A stretch of 62,979 nucleotides of DNA, counting the filler, from Octopus bimaculoides (lineage: Eukaryota), in the NCBI RefSeq assembly GCF_001194135.2. It is 4 parts of 3 records of this genome, joined end to end, with 100 filler letters (N's around TTAATTAATTAA, not from the genome) between each part and the next. Parts side by side here need not be neighbours in the genome. Positions count along the whole stretch, not along the records: positions 48,270 to 60,137 come from NC_068995.1; positions 60,238 to 62,979 come from NC_068986.1; 2 more parts are not named here. One strand, written 5' to 3'. A model generated the notes under the pieces. It ran no database searches. It saw nothing but the letters and a program-made list of their open reading frames with translations, and was not told the origin of the DNA. Positions 53,080 through 62,979 of the stretch are shown piece by piece (the stretch's first letter is position 1; every line of letters begins with the position of its first letter). The translations under genes were made by a program, and so were the position numbers.

Positions 53080-54990
53080 CGAAAAAATCAAACAGCTCTA
53101 ATGTTGAAAGGTATCGACGATGTCGCTGGAGAGCACCTGGAATCATGTTACGTAATTATAGGAGTATTAATACCCTCATACACACAGCACCTACATGAAA
53201 TCTGCAGCATATATAGTAAGGAAATTACTAAACTGATGACACCTACATGGAAAACAAAGAGAAACATCAACAATCTATGCCGCCATATTGGATGGTTAGC
53301 AGCAATCATAAAGTATAAGAGGAATAATGAGTTTACACCTAATTAGTCACATCTTATAAAAGAAATTAGCAAATTTGTATGGTGACTTTTCACAAAAAGC
53401 TCTTGATCAGAGGTAAACGAGTTTATATGAATCACAAGTTTGCTTCTATCCCATAGACTGTACATAGAGAGATAAGGAAGGAAAAAATTACCGTCAAGAA
53501 AGCCGGCTCTCAAGAGGATCTTGAATCATTCTGGTTGAAAATCTGAAACGAAAAGAGGAATCTCAACCTCGATGCATCGTGGCTAGATGCAGTAAAGGGA
53601 GAATACTGTACCAGCTTCAACAGTAACCATATGCAAATGGCTCGGAAAGTTTCATCATAGCTGTAGGAAAACTGCATAACAGGAAAGAAACATGCAGGGA
53701 CCTAATAATTGGACACTGATATAACATGTTGACATTTTACAGGAAACCACTAATAAGTCTCTTCAAAAGTACTTTGGAAGGTCAGATTGACATTCCAAAC
53801 TAGCTTGCTATTGCACTGATGAATCTCGCGTTCAAGAATGTAACCCCCGTGTTGCCTGAAAACTACTGGCTTATTGCTTGCCTAAATATTACGAGCTCAG
53901 ATCAATAAGTATCCGGACTGTCGTCATAGTAACGAAGCTGAAACACACAGAGTAAAGCCGCTTGGCACAGATTGACCTTGTATTCTTCTTTGCATGTGAA
54001 CCAAGGTCTAACATTCTAGCTCACTTCCACTATTTACGGCAGTGCTTGGAAGGAACGTGTATGCCATGTGATCATCGCATTGGCCATGACAGAGAAAGTT
54101 GTCATGGCGATCCTTGTTCAGAGGCCTGCGCAAAGTTGCAGATAGTGTATGGAGAGGAGTATATCAGCCCACACAAGTGTACGAGTGGTTCAGACGTTTC
54201 CAAGATGGTCCAAAAAAATGTCAATAGTGAGGACCGTTTTGGGAGGGCCGCAACCAACGGAACTGAGAAAAACATCTCAGATGTGCGTGCAGCTGTGAGG
54301 GTAGATCGTCGAATCACCATCCGTGAGTTATCAGAAGATGTACAGATTAGTTACGGTTCCGTTCAGTCCATTATCACTAAATATTTGGGTATGAGACGCA
54401 TGTCTGCTAAGTTTGTGCCATAACTGCTTTCAGCTGACCAAAAATACAATGGGGTTTCAGATGCATAAGTTCTTGGTTGTGTCGATAACGATGAAAACGT
54501 GTTGAAAACATTGTGTAGACCTCTCAGCAGGTATCGCCAAGTTTTTGGTACAATGTGATGCAGATTCTCAGCTGTACTTTCCGTCATGGTCAATGCGGCG
54601 ATCACATGCTACATACCTTCCTTCCAAGCACTGCTGTGAACAGTTGAAGTAAATTAGATCAGAATTCAAGGCCAATATGTGCCAAACAGCTTTACTCTGC
54701 GTGCTGTAGCTTCGTTACTAACTATAGTAACGCTCCGGATACTTATTGATCAGGCCACGTATGTACAAACTGAACACAAGGTATCTCAACCAATTCCTCC
54801 CGGATCGTTATGATTAACATAGTGACTGATGAACAGGACGGTGAAAAGAAGAGAGTGTGAGTATGTGCCGAACAACTTCTGATAGACAAAGTTGTATTGT
54901 CTCAAGTTAGAAACATCGTAGGAGCCTTATAGCAGTATGGCTTGGTTATAGGAATGCTTTTGACTCTAAGCCCAACGAATGGCACCTTAA
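53080..54990 (+). mobile_element. Decayed Dong/R4-like LINE RT region, split by a mariner insertion
   Basis: LESFWLKI*..LDASWLDAVKGEY; NYWLIACLN|IMYKL across the insertion; EQLLIDKVVL..AFDS downstream. Confidence 0.75.
53892..54759 (+). mobile_element. Internally deleted mariner with long TIRs and TA TSD
   Basis: TA|CGAGCTCAGATCAATAAGTATCCGGA..TTGGCACA and its rc ending ..CCGGATACTTATTGATCAGGCCACG|TA; HTH RVDRRITIRELSEDVQISYGSVQSII..SAKFVP; catalytic core absent. Confidence 0.93.
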
Positions 54991-54999
54991 GTGTCTCAA

Positions 55000-56074
55000 A
55001 TTGTCAATGTGCCAACTACCTTAATTGCTGCCATTGAGAGGCTCACAAAGACCTGGGCGACAATCCTCGCCGAGAAGTTCAGCTTGCTTTTTCGACAAGT
55101 TTAAAACACGCACAAGTTCATTCAGATCTCCCTGACTCAACAAATGTGGTTCACTTAAAGAACAGTTAGGCTCAAAGTTCGTGTCTTCTGTTTCTTTCTC
55201 TATATCGTCATCACTTGGCTCGTCGTCACTAAGTGTTATTTGTTTTGGAAGGTCAGGTACAGATAATTTTTGATTGTGAAGTACGGGTCTCATAGCAGAT
55301 TGTAAATTAGGATATTTTACAGTATGCCTGGATTTTGATGTTATACCGTGTATATTCGTCATGCAGAAGAAGCAATCTGAAGTGTGAACTTTGGATACTC
55401 TCCAAATCATAGGGATGACAAAATCATATGGCGTGAACCTTTGGCCCATGCAATGAGAAGCCTGACACAGGTTACACAACACACATGAGGTGCCCAGCTT
55501 TTATCCTGGTCGCCCACTTTACAGTAAAAAATAATGCTCATAGCACTCTTTAATCAATTGCGTGAAATGCCGTCTTTGTGACTTGAATGTTAAGTCACCG
55601 CAAATATAGCAAACATTATTTACAATGTTTGTACAGTTTCTTGGCATTATGAAGATAAATGGCATATGTGTTCTTAGTACACAACTACATGCCGACTTTT
55701 CAAGAACAGTACTGACAAATAATCGGTGACACATCGACACATCGACGAAGTGACTCATTGACATAGCTAGATTTTTGATTAACATTAGATTAATTCTATT
55801 CATAAGCACTTGAATTAGGAGTATTGCTTAAACCGTTAGCTTCACATTTCAACAGCTTAACTGAAATTTAGCGCACGTAACAGGAACTAAGAAGGAAGTC
55901 GTGGAACAGAGAAACTGTGAGTTATACATATAATTTGACATTATTTCTGAATTATGCATGCAAAATCATACAAAGAACAGCTATTCCTTTTATTGGGAGA
56001 AATTCTTTGTTGGCCAGTGTTATCTATCATATTTGTGTTGTTAAAGACAATGTCTTTTTTTAGCAATGCCAGTG
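55000..56074 (-). mobile_element. Chapaev3-like (CMC) DNA transposon 5' relic
   Basis: MPRNCTN..CYICGDLT..QRRH..YEHYF; PMIWRVSKVHTSDCFFCM..YPNLQSAMRPV; candidate terminus CACTGGC at 56074. Superfamily assigned from motif recall. Confidence 0.65.
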
Positions 56075-56561
56075 TTGAAATTCAAAAGGAATAACAGCTT
56101 GCATAAGACTGCTAAATCTCTCACAAACCCAAGTTGTCCTGAAACAAGTAATATCAAGATCTCAGTCCTCCCAGTGAGGTGCATATTATTTCCTAATTTC
56201 CTGTTATAGAGATGCCGAAACAAGGATTAGGGATCTCTCGTTCTCAGTCGTTGCATGGTCGTTGACCCCCTGGATTAAACCTTTCTTTTACGTCCTGCAG
56301 AGCATCCTAAGATAATCATCAAGCCTACCTAGCAGGCTTTGTAACATTGCTGGTTCAGTCTCCTGCAGCGCGACCCTGCGATGGTTTCTACGGTATTATA
56401 TGTTGCCAGTACACTAAGAATGATCTGAAATAACAGACACACGTACAAACACATATGCATACACGAAAACATACTCACACACACACATACACTCACACAT
56501 GCATGCGCACACGCACACGCACATACACGTGTGTGTTTATGTGTGTGTGTGTGTATGTATG

Positions 56562-56675
56562 TATACACTCTATGTCGCATGGGACTGATTCAATCTGTTT
56601 GAAATTATATATATATATATATATATATATTAATTCAAACAGATTGAATCAGTCCCATGCAACATAGAGTGTATA
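56562..56675. repeat. Near-perfect 114-bp palindrome with a (TA)n centre
   Basis: 42-bp arms TATACACTCTATGT(C/T)GCATGGGACTGATTCAATCTGTTTGAA with 1 mismatch; the centre is itself self-complementary. Confidence 0.95.
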
Positions 56676-56699
56676 TGTCGTTAATTAAGAAACACTTCT

Positions 56700-57150
56700 C
56701 CAGAGGCCACAAGTATTACAAACTCTTCAAACCCATAATGTCAAGGTGACAACACTACTTCTCTGTCTCCTTTTCTCTGGAGACTCCATAACCTTTCAAA
56801 ACGAAACGCTCCATATCAAGTGAACTATTGTGGACAGAGTGCCACCATATTCACCCGTCGCTCCCAGCTGCCAGCTCTGCCTCCGCGAAAAACTGCATAT
56901 TCTCAAACAACCTACAGTATCCATCAACATGAAATACGATTTATCTTATTGCTGTCACCGGAGGTATGCCTTTCAGGCAAATTTCAAGCCTCTGACTGCC
57001 GACAACCTTGATATACCTCTTTAGTAACAGCTATTACTCTGCACCGCCTGCATCAAGATTACCGTCAGAAACCAACACCACGAGGAGAACGACCAATTAC
57101 TAATCCACAACGCTTTTCAATACCCAACGCTTACTAATCCCCACCAATCG
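56700..57150 (+). mobile_element. Penelope-like 3' end, same family as 24895-25560
   Basis: DRVPPYSPVAPSCQLCLREKLHIL..CCHRRY; high nucleotide similarity to 25200-25560. Confidence 0.88.
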
Positions 57151-57189
57151 CCAAACTCCTGTGCACGTATACTCATGTATGCGCGCGCG

Positions 57190-57510
57190 CATTGAACTGC
57201 CCCGTAAATGACCCTGAAATGTGCCAGAGGACCTCTGTTGTATACGAGACCATCTGCGGAAAATGTGGCGCCTCCTGCATAAGAAGCACAACAAGAAAAC
57301 TGCAGATACGCATAAAAGTACACGTGAAGTCAGATACGTCCATGAAGAAACTTCTACGAAAATCCCAGACACCGGGAATTCACAATGCACACCATGGCAA
57401 CACAGCACAACAGTGGCAAACGTAGAATCACCGAGGCCATCCTTATAGACCAAAGGAAACCAACTATCAACAACAGAAGAGAGTTACAGGAAGCTAGCTG
57501 GATGCGATAG
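57190..57510 (+). mobile_element. GIY-YIG fragment of a different Penelope-like lineage
   Basis: CQRTSVVYETICGKCGASCIRSTTRKLQIRIKVH..RITEAILIDQRKPTINNRRE. Confidence 0.75.
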
Positions 57511-58362
57511 CAACAACTTTCCTCGCATATCTACTCCACACACACATATACGCACGTCAGCAGCATTCGTTAATTTCCTCAGGATGGGGACATAATCCCA
57601 AAATATTAAATAAAAAGGAAGTCAACATTTATCTATATATTTGTTTCCTTGTGATTTTCCTTGCATTTACTTCGCATTGTTCTGGCCTTTCCCACAATCC
57701 TTTATACGATATATATATATATATANNNNNNNNNNNNNNNNNNNNNNNNNNNNNNNNNNNNNNNNNNNNNNNNNNNNNNNNNNNNNNNNNNNNNNNNNNN
57801 NNNNNNNNNNNNNNNNNNNNNNNNNNNNNNNNNNNNNNNNNNNNNNNNNNNNNNNNNNNNNNNNNNNNNNNNNNNNNNNNNNNNNNNNNNNNNNNNNNNN
57901 NNNNNNNNNNNNNNNNNNNNNNNNNNNNNNNNNNNNNNNNNNNNNNNNNNNNNNNNNNNNNNNNNNNNNNNNNNNNNNNNNNNNNNNNNNNNNNNNNNNN
58001 NNNNNNNNNGGGTATTTGAGTATATTTAAAAATTTAAGGAATGGAGAAAACGCATGTTATAATTGCATACTTTATTCCTACATATGTTTCAAAGGATTAC
58101 AACCTGTGTGATCCATAGGGATCTTTGATATTAAAGTTGTAACCTTCTCATCAGGGAAAGCATGGGAATCATCTTAAACGTAAGACATTATGACCGATTA
58201 TGAAAACAATAGATGGATAAGGTTATGACTTGGTTCATTTGAAAAAAACCGTTAGAGAATTGGACGCTGCCGGATAGTGGATTAAACAACACATACCTAT
58301 AAATGTGTGAGAGCGTACATGCGTACATCCATATACACAAACACACACATACATGTAAACTA

Positions 58363-58397
<35 letters not shown>

Positions 58398-59264
58398 NNN
58401 NNNNNNNNNNNNNNNNNNNNNNNNNNNNNNNNNNNNNNNNNNNNNNNNNNNNNNNNNNNNNNNNNNNNNNNNNNNNNNNNNNNNNNNNNNNNNNNNNNNN
58501 NNNNNNNNNNNNNNNNNNNNNNNNNNNNNNNNNNNNNNNNNNNNNNNNNNNNNNNNNNNNNNNNNNNNNNNNNNNNNNNNNNNNNNNNNNNNNNNNNNNN
58601 NNNNNNNNNNNNNNNNNNNNNNNNNNNNNNNNNNNNNNNNNNNNNNNNNNNNNNNNNNNNNNNNNNNNNNNNNNNNNNNNNNNNNNNNNNNNNNNNNNNN
58701 NNNNNNNNNNNNNNNNNNNNNNNNNNNNNNNNNNNNNNNNNNNNNNNNNNNNNNNNNNNNNNNNNNNNNNNNNNNNNNNNNNNNNNNNNNNNNNNNNNNN
58801 NNNNNNNNNNNNNNNNNNNNNNNNNNNNNNNNNNNNNNNNNNNNNNNNNNNNNNNNNNNNNNNNNNNNNNNNNNNNNNNNNNNNNNNNNNNNNNNNNNNN
58901 NNNNNNNNNNNNNNNNNNNNNNNNNNNNNNNNNNNNNNNNNNNNNNNNNNNNNNNNNNNNNNNNNNNNNNNNNNNNNNNNNNNNNNNNNNNNNNNNNNNN
59001 NNNNNNNNNNNNNNNNNNNNNNNNNNNNNNNNNNNNNNNNNNNNNNNNNNNNNNNNNNNNNNNNNNNNNNNNNNNNNNNNNNNNNNNNNNNNNNNNNNNN
59101 NNNNNNNNNNNNNNNNNNNNNNNNNNNNNNNNNNNNNNNNNNNNNNNNNNNNNNNNNNNNNNNNNNNNNNNNNNNNNNNNNNNNNNNNNNNNNNNNNNNN
59201 NNNNNNNNNNNNNNNNNNNNNNNNNNNNNNNNNNNNNNNNNNNNNNNNNNNNNNNNNNNNNNNN

Positions 59265-59735
59265 ATATAGAAATTCTGTTACACAGAGATCACAGAATTT
59301 TCCACCCTTTTCATATGGCTTAGAAATAGAAAGAATAAGCCAGTCTAGTTTAAATTTAATGTTGTTATCTTTAAGATCCCAAATTAGTTTGCTAAGGCTC
59401 GTGGTATTACGTTTGCTTCTATCTCTAAAGGATGAAAAATGGTTAGAAATTCTAGTGAATAAAGGTGTAGAGGAAGAACCTACGTAAAAGTGAGTATTTT
59501 TGGGGTACTAACTTGACATTGGTAGATAGTGTTTCTGAGTCTCACATTTTCACTTACAAAACTAATTCTTTTGGAATTGACTTCTGAAATAATGATTTTG
59601 TTGTTATGACTATTACTATTATGTGTCGTGTTATTAATATTGTTCTCAATATTATTATTATTATTAGTGTTATTATTGTTATTTTGGTAAGGGTTAATAA
59701 TGCTTGGTTCAATGATATTACTGTTTGAACTCTCT
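59265..59735 (-). mobile_element. Penelope-like GIY-YIG segment
   Basis: NTIYQCQVST..FYVGSSSTPLFTRISNHFSSFRD..TSLSKLIWDLKDNNIKFKLDW..FCDLCVTE. Confidence 0.85.
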
Positions 59736-59740
59736 AGTGG

Positions 59741-60137
59741 ATGCAAAACCTCATATTGTGGTCAATAGTGAAAAACGTGAAGTTTCAGAAATCACCATTA
59801 AGAAATAACCACCTCAGATACCTAAACAACTTAATGAAGGAAATAAATAACATTAACGGATTACTAGTCAAGTCTGACAAAACAGGAAATATGTATAGAT
59901 TACCTAAGGAACATTACAATGATCTCCTAAAAAGAGAAATAGAAAAAAAACTACCGAATCACAAGTAAAACAACACTTAGGAATGCTAACCTTGAAGTGA
60001 AAAAAATTATGGAGGAATATGATTTGCAAAAAAGAACTGAACCCTTAAACGCAAAACAATCCTATTTCGTTTTAAAAGACCATAAGATAAACTTTTGGAA
60101 TAGCCCTAAATTACGCCTAATTTGTCCATCCAAATCA
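59741..60137 (+). mobile_element. Penelope-like pre-RT/RT start segment
   Basis: LLVKSDKTGNMY..HYNDLLKREI; YFVLKDHKINFWNSPKLRLICPSKS. Confidence 0.85.
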
Positions 60138-60237
60138 NNNNNNNNNNNNNNNNNNNNNNNNNNNNNNNNNNNNNNNNNNNNTTAATTAATTAANNNNNNN
60201 NNNNNNNNNNNNNNNNNNNNNNNNNNNNNNNNNNNNN
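60138..60237. other. Artificial scaffold linker: 44 N + TTAATTAATTAA + 44 N
   Basis: Exactly 100 bp, same as 18139. Confidence 0.95.
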
Positions 60238-60556
60238 TGATTACTACCTAGCTCAGATACCAGGAAACCCCAAAATGGCTGAAGTTCAAAAGATAGTGCT
60301 CATGGGAACTGCCCATATCCTACGTAAAATACTGTCTATGTGATCTCAAATTTTAAAACAAACACATAATTTTCTTATGGTTTCTTAAACATTCTCTGGA
60401 ACAACACTATGTACAAATCCAAATATATGGTACCCTAGGCATAACACCTACATGAACTTCTTAATTTGTTGTCTCTTGAGGTCTCTGGGTGAGACTTGGA
60501 TCCAACTTGTACAAATGCAAAGCAAAAGTCAAACATAAAATAATAATAATAATAAT
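60238..60556 (+). mobile_element. Dong/R4-like LINE 3' end with (AAT)n tail
   Basis: YLAQIPGNPKMAEVQKIVLMGTAHILRKILSM* then a 3' UTR and (TAA)n tail at 60541-60556. Confidence 0.85.
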
Positions 60557-61175
60557 ACGAAAATTGTTGACAATATATAGAACGCACCACCTTAAAGCAG
60601 ATATAGAACTTTACCTGCCAAGAAAAGAGGGTGGCCGTGGATTTTTACAACTGGAATTAACAATGAAGATGGCCACAATTGGCCTAGATTCTTACCTGAA
60701 AAACTCTGATGACTGGATGTTAAATCTTCTCTCAAAGCACGAAAACAAGATAGGATCATACTCAATAACAAAACAGGCAAAGGAATATCTACGTCAATTC
60801 CAAATACAACAAATATCAGAATTAGACATACTAGAAACAAGCACAGAAAAAGCTAAACGTATGAAAACCCGTGCTAAAACTGCTGCCTTAGATATTCTTA
60901 CTGATAAATGGCAAGAAAAACCTATCAATGGCAAATATTCAAAATGGTTAGTGTCTTCTAGATTAAATTCAGAAACAGAAAGGTTTATCATAGCAGCCCA
61001 AGATCAGGCCAACATATTAAAGAACGTCAGTAGCCCAACATGTTGTGTATATCAACAACAAAATGAGATCATTGATCATGTTATCAATATACTGTCTATT
61101 TAATCTGAAATTTTAAAATAAACTCATAATTTTCGTATGTTTTCTTAAATATTCTCTAGAACAATACTATGTGCA
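60557..61175 (+). mobile_element. Second Dong/R4-like copy, 5' truncated and internally deleted
   Basis: RKLLTIYRTHHLKADIELYLPRKEGGRG..SETERFIIAAQDQA..IIDHV; 3' UTR piece 61100-61175 resembles 60343-60420. Confidence 0.85.
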
Positions 61176-62979
61176 AGTAGACGAGGAATTCAGCTGCTGC
61201 GGAAAGGTGTTTGCTTGTTACATCGGGATCAGAATCCACCAAGGGAAGGTATATCAGAAGAAAGTAATTCAACAGAGCGGGTTGATGAACCGTAAGACGT
61301 GTGGCCAGAACCTCCGGGAAAATAACCACAGCGAGGGACATTCCACAGTTGAATTAGAACAGTCACAAACAGTGATAGGCGTGAGGAAGACAAAGATTAA
61401 GTGGCCGAAAGCAAATGACGCAGCAAGTTATAAAAAATTCGACAACGAGGTATCAAGAATGACCACCAAATTCAAAGGCGACGACGAACAAAAGCTCGAG
61501 AACCTGGCTTATACAATCTACCAGGAAGGAGAGAAAAGATTTGGACTGGAAACAACAGGAAAGGTAGAATCACCGGCAAAGAGCGGACCATCGAGGAGAG
61601 AAAGACGGATTGCANNNNNNNNNNNNNNNNNNNNNNNNNNNNNNNNNNNNNNNNNNNNNNNNNNNNNNNNNNNNNNNNNNNNNNNNNNNNNNNNNNNNNN
61701 NNNNNNNNNNNNNNNNNNNNNNNNNNNNNNNNNNNNNNNNNNNNNNNNNNNNNNNNNNNNNNNNNNNNNNNNNNNNNNNNNNNNNNNNNNNNNNNNNNNN
61801 NNNNNNNNNNNNNNNNNNNNNNNNNNNNNNNNNNNNNNNNNNNNNNNNNNNNNNNNNNNNNNNNNNNNNNNNNNNNNNNNNNNNNNNNNNNNNNNNNNNN
61901 NNNNNNNNNNNNNNNNNNNNNNNNNNNNNNNNNNNNNNNNNNNNNNNNNNNNNNNNNNNNNNNNNNNNNNNNNNNNNNNNNNNNNNNNATAACGGGTACG
62001 TTAATGAAGCAATCCAAAAACAGGAATCCCCGGAATCCCTGGGTGCATAGAACACGCATTTGCCATCTGGGAAGCTATCACCTGTGCAAAACAACTGAAG
62101 AAAAACCTGCACATTGTTTGACTAGATCTTGCCAATGCATATGGATCTGTTCCACACGCGGTAATCAGAGCAGCGATGGACTTCTTTTGGATTCCAAAAG
62201 ATGTTCAACGAATGCTCATGTCCTACTACGACAACATGAGGATGAGATTTACAGCAGGAGAGTTCACAACGGAGTGGCAACGCCTAGAAGTAGGTATCGC
62301 AGCCGGATGCACGATATCAATCATCTTATTCGTGCTAGTCATGGAGATGTTACTAAGGTCAACAAACTGTGAGAAAGCTGCTATAAAGACACCATTAAGG
62401 GCTTTTATGGACGACATCACTCTACTATCGGAAAGTAGAGAAGCAGCAGAGCGAACGTTAGCGCGGTTGGATGAACTAATAGGATGGGCAAGAATGAAAT
62501 TCAAAGCCAAAAAATCTCGAAGCGTGGCTTTCGTGAAAGGCGTGCAAGAAGTGAAATTCAAGATAGGAAGTGAAGACATACCAACGGTGAAAGAACAACC
62601 AGTAAAGAGTCTCGGCAGATGGTATAGAGACTTATAAAATGATAAGAAGCAAGGGAAAGAGACACATGAGTTAGTAGAATAAGGATTGAAGGCAATTGAC
62701 AGAACAACACTGACGGGAAAATTCAAATGTTGGATACTGCAATTTGGACTGTACCCAAGGATAATGTGGCCATTGGAAATGTACGAAATAGCCTCGAGTA
62801 GAGTAGAAAGGATAGAACAAAGATGCAGTGTGTTTATCAGAAAATGGCTTGGTCTGCCGAAACCACTCAATACAACTGCACTATATGGAAAACCCGTGCT
62901 GCAACTTCCAATAGCATCGATCACCGAAGAATATAAAGCAGGAAAGGCGAGGACAGTAATGATGCTAAGGTATTCAAAA
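61176..62979 (+). mobile_element. HERO-like (RLE-clade) non-LTR retrotransposon pseudogene, running off the window end
   Basis: CCGKVFAC..IHQGK zinc-finger-like; IKWPKAND..RFG; RT GCIEH..LDLANAYGSVPH..GIAAGCTISIILFVLVME..AFMDD..KKSRS..VKSLGRWY; at least 3 in-frame stops. Confidence 0.9.

Overview
AT-rich animal genomic DNA from a gapped draft assembly. It is extremely rich in microsatellites and decayed transposable elements. By recall, the repeat landscape fits an octopus; this is inference and no search was run. No intact protein-coding gene, rRNA, true tRNA gene or CRISPR array can be supported, and most supplied ORFs are microsatellite or N-gap artefacts. Recognisable content: Tc1/mariner relics of three catalytic classes (DD34D, DD37D, DD41D), several hairpin MITE-like elements, a Chapaev3-like relic, about eight Penelope-like (PLE) fragments, Dong/R4-like, HERO-like, RTE-like and CR1/Jockey-like LINE relics, a Ty3/Gypsy LTR+gag stub, and many tRNA-derived SINEs (two with clean TSDs). 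There are also a few weak candidate host exons. The most interesting signal is a minimal type-I hammerhead-ribozyme-like motif (CUGUUGA-A-GAGC-loop-GCUC-GAAAC-GUH) found twice on opposite strands (18018-18056 and 41312-41348). Both copies share a non-canonical A6U core and a loopless palindromic stem III. Three 44N-TTAATTAATTAA-44N blocks are artificial scaffold linkers.
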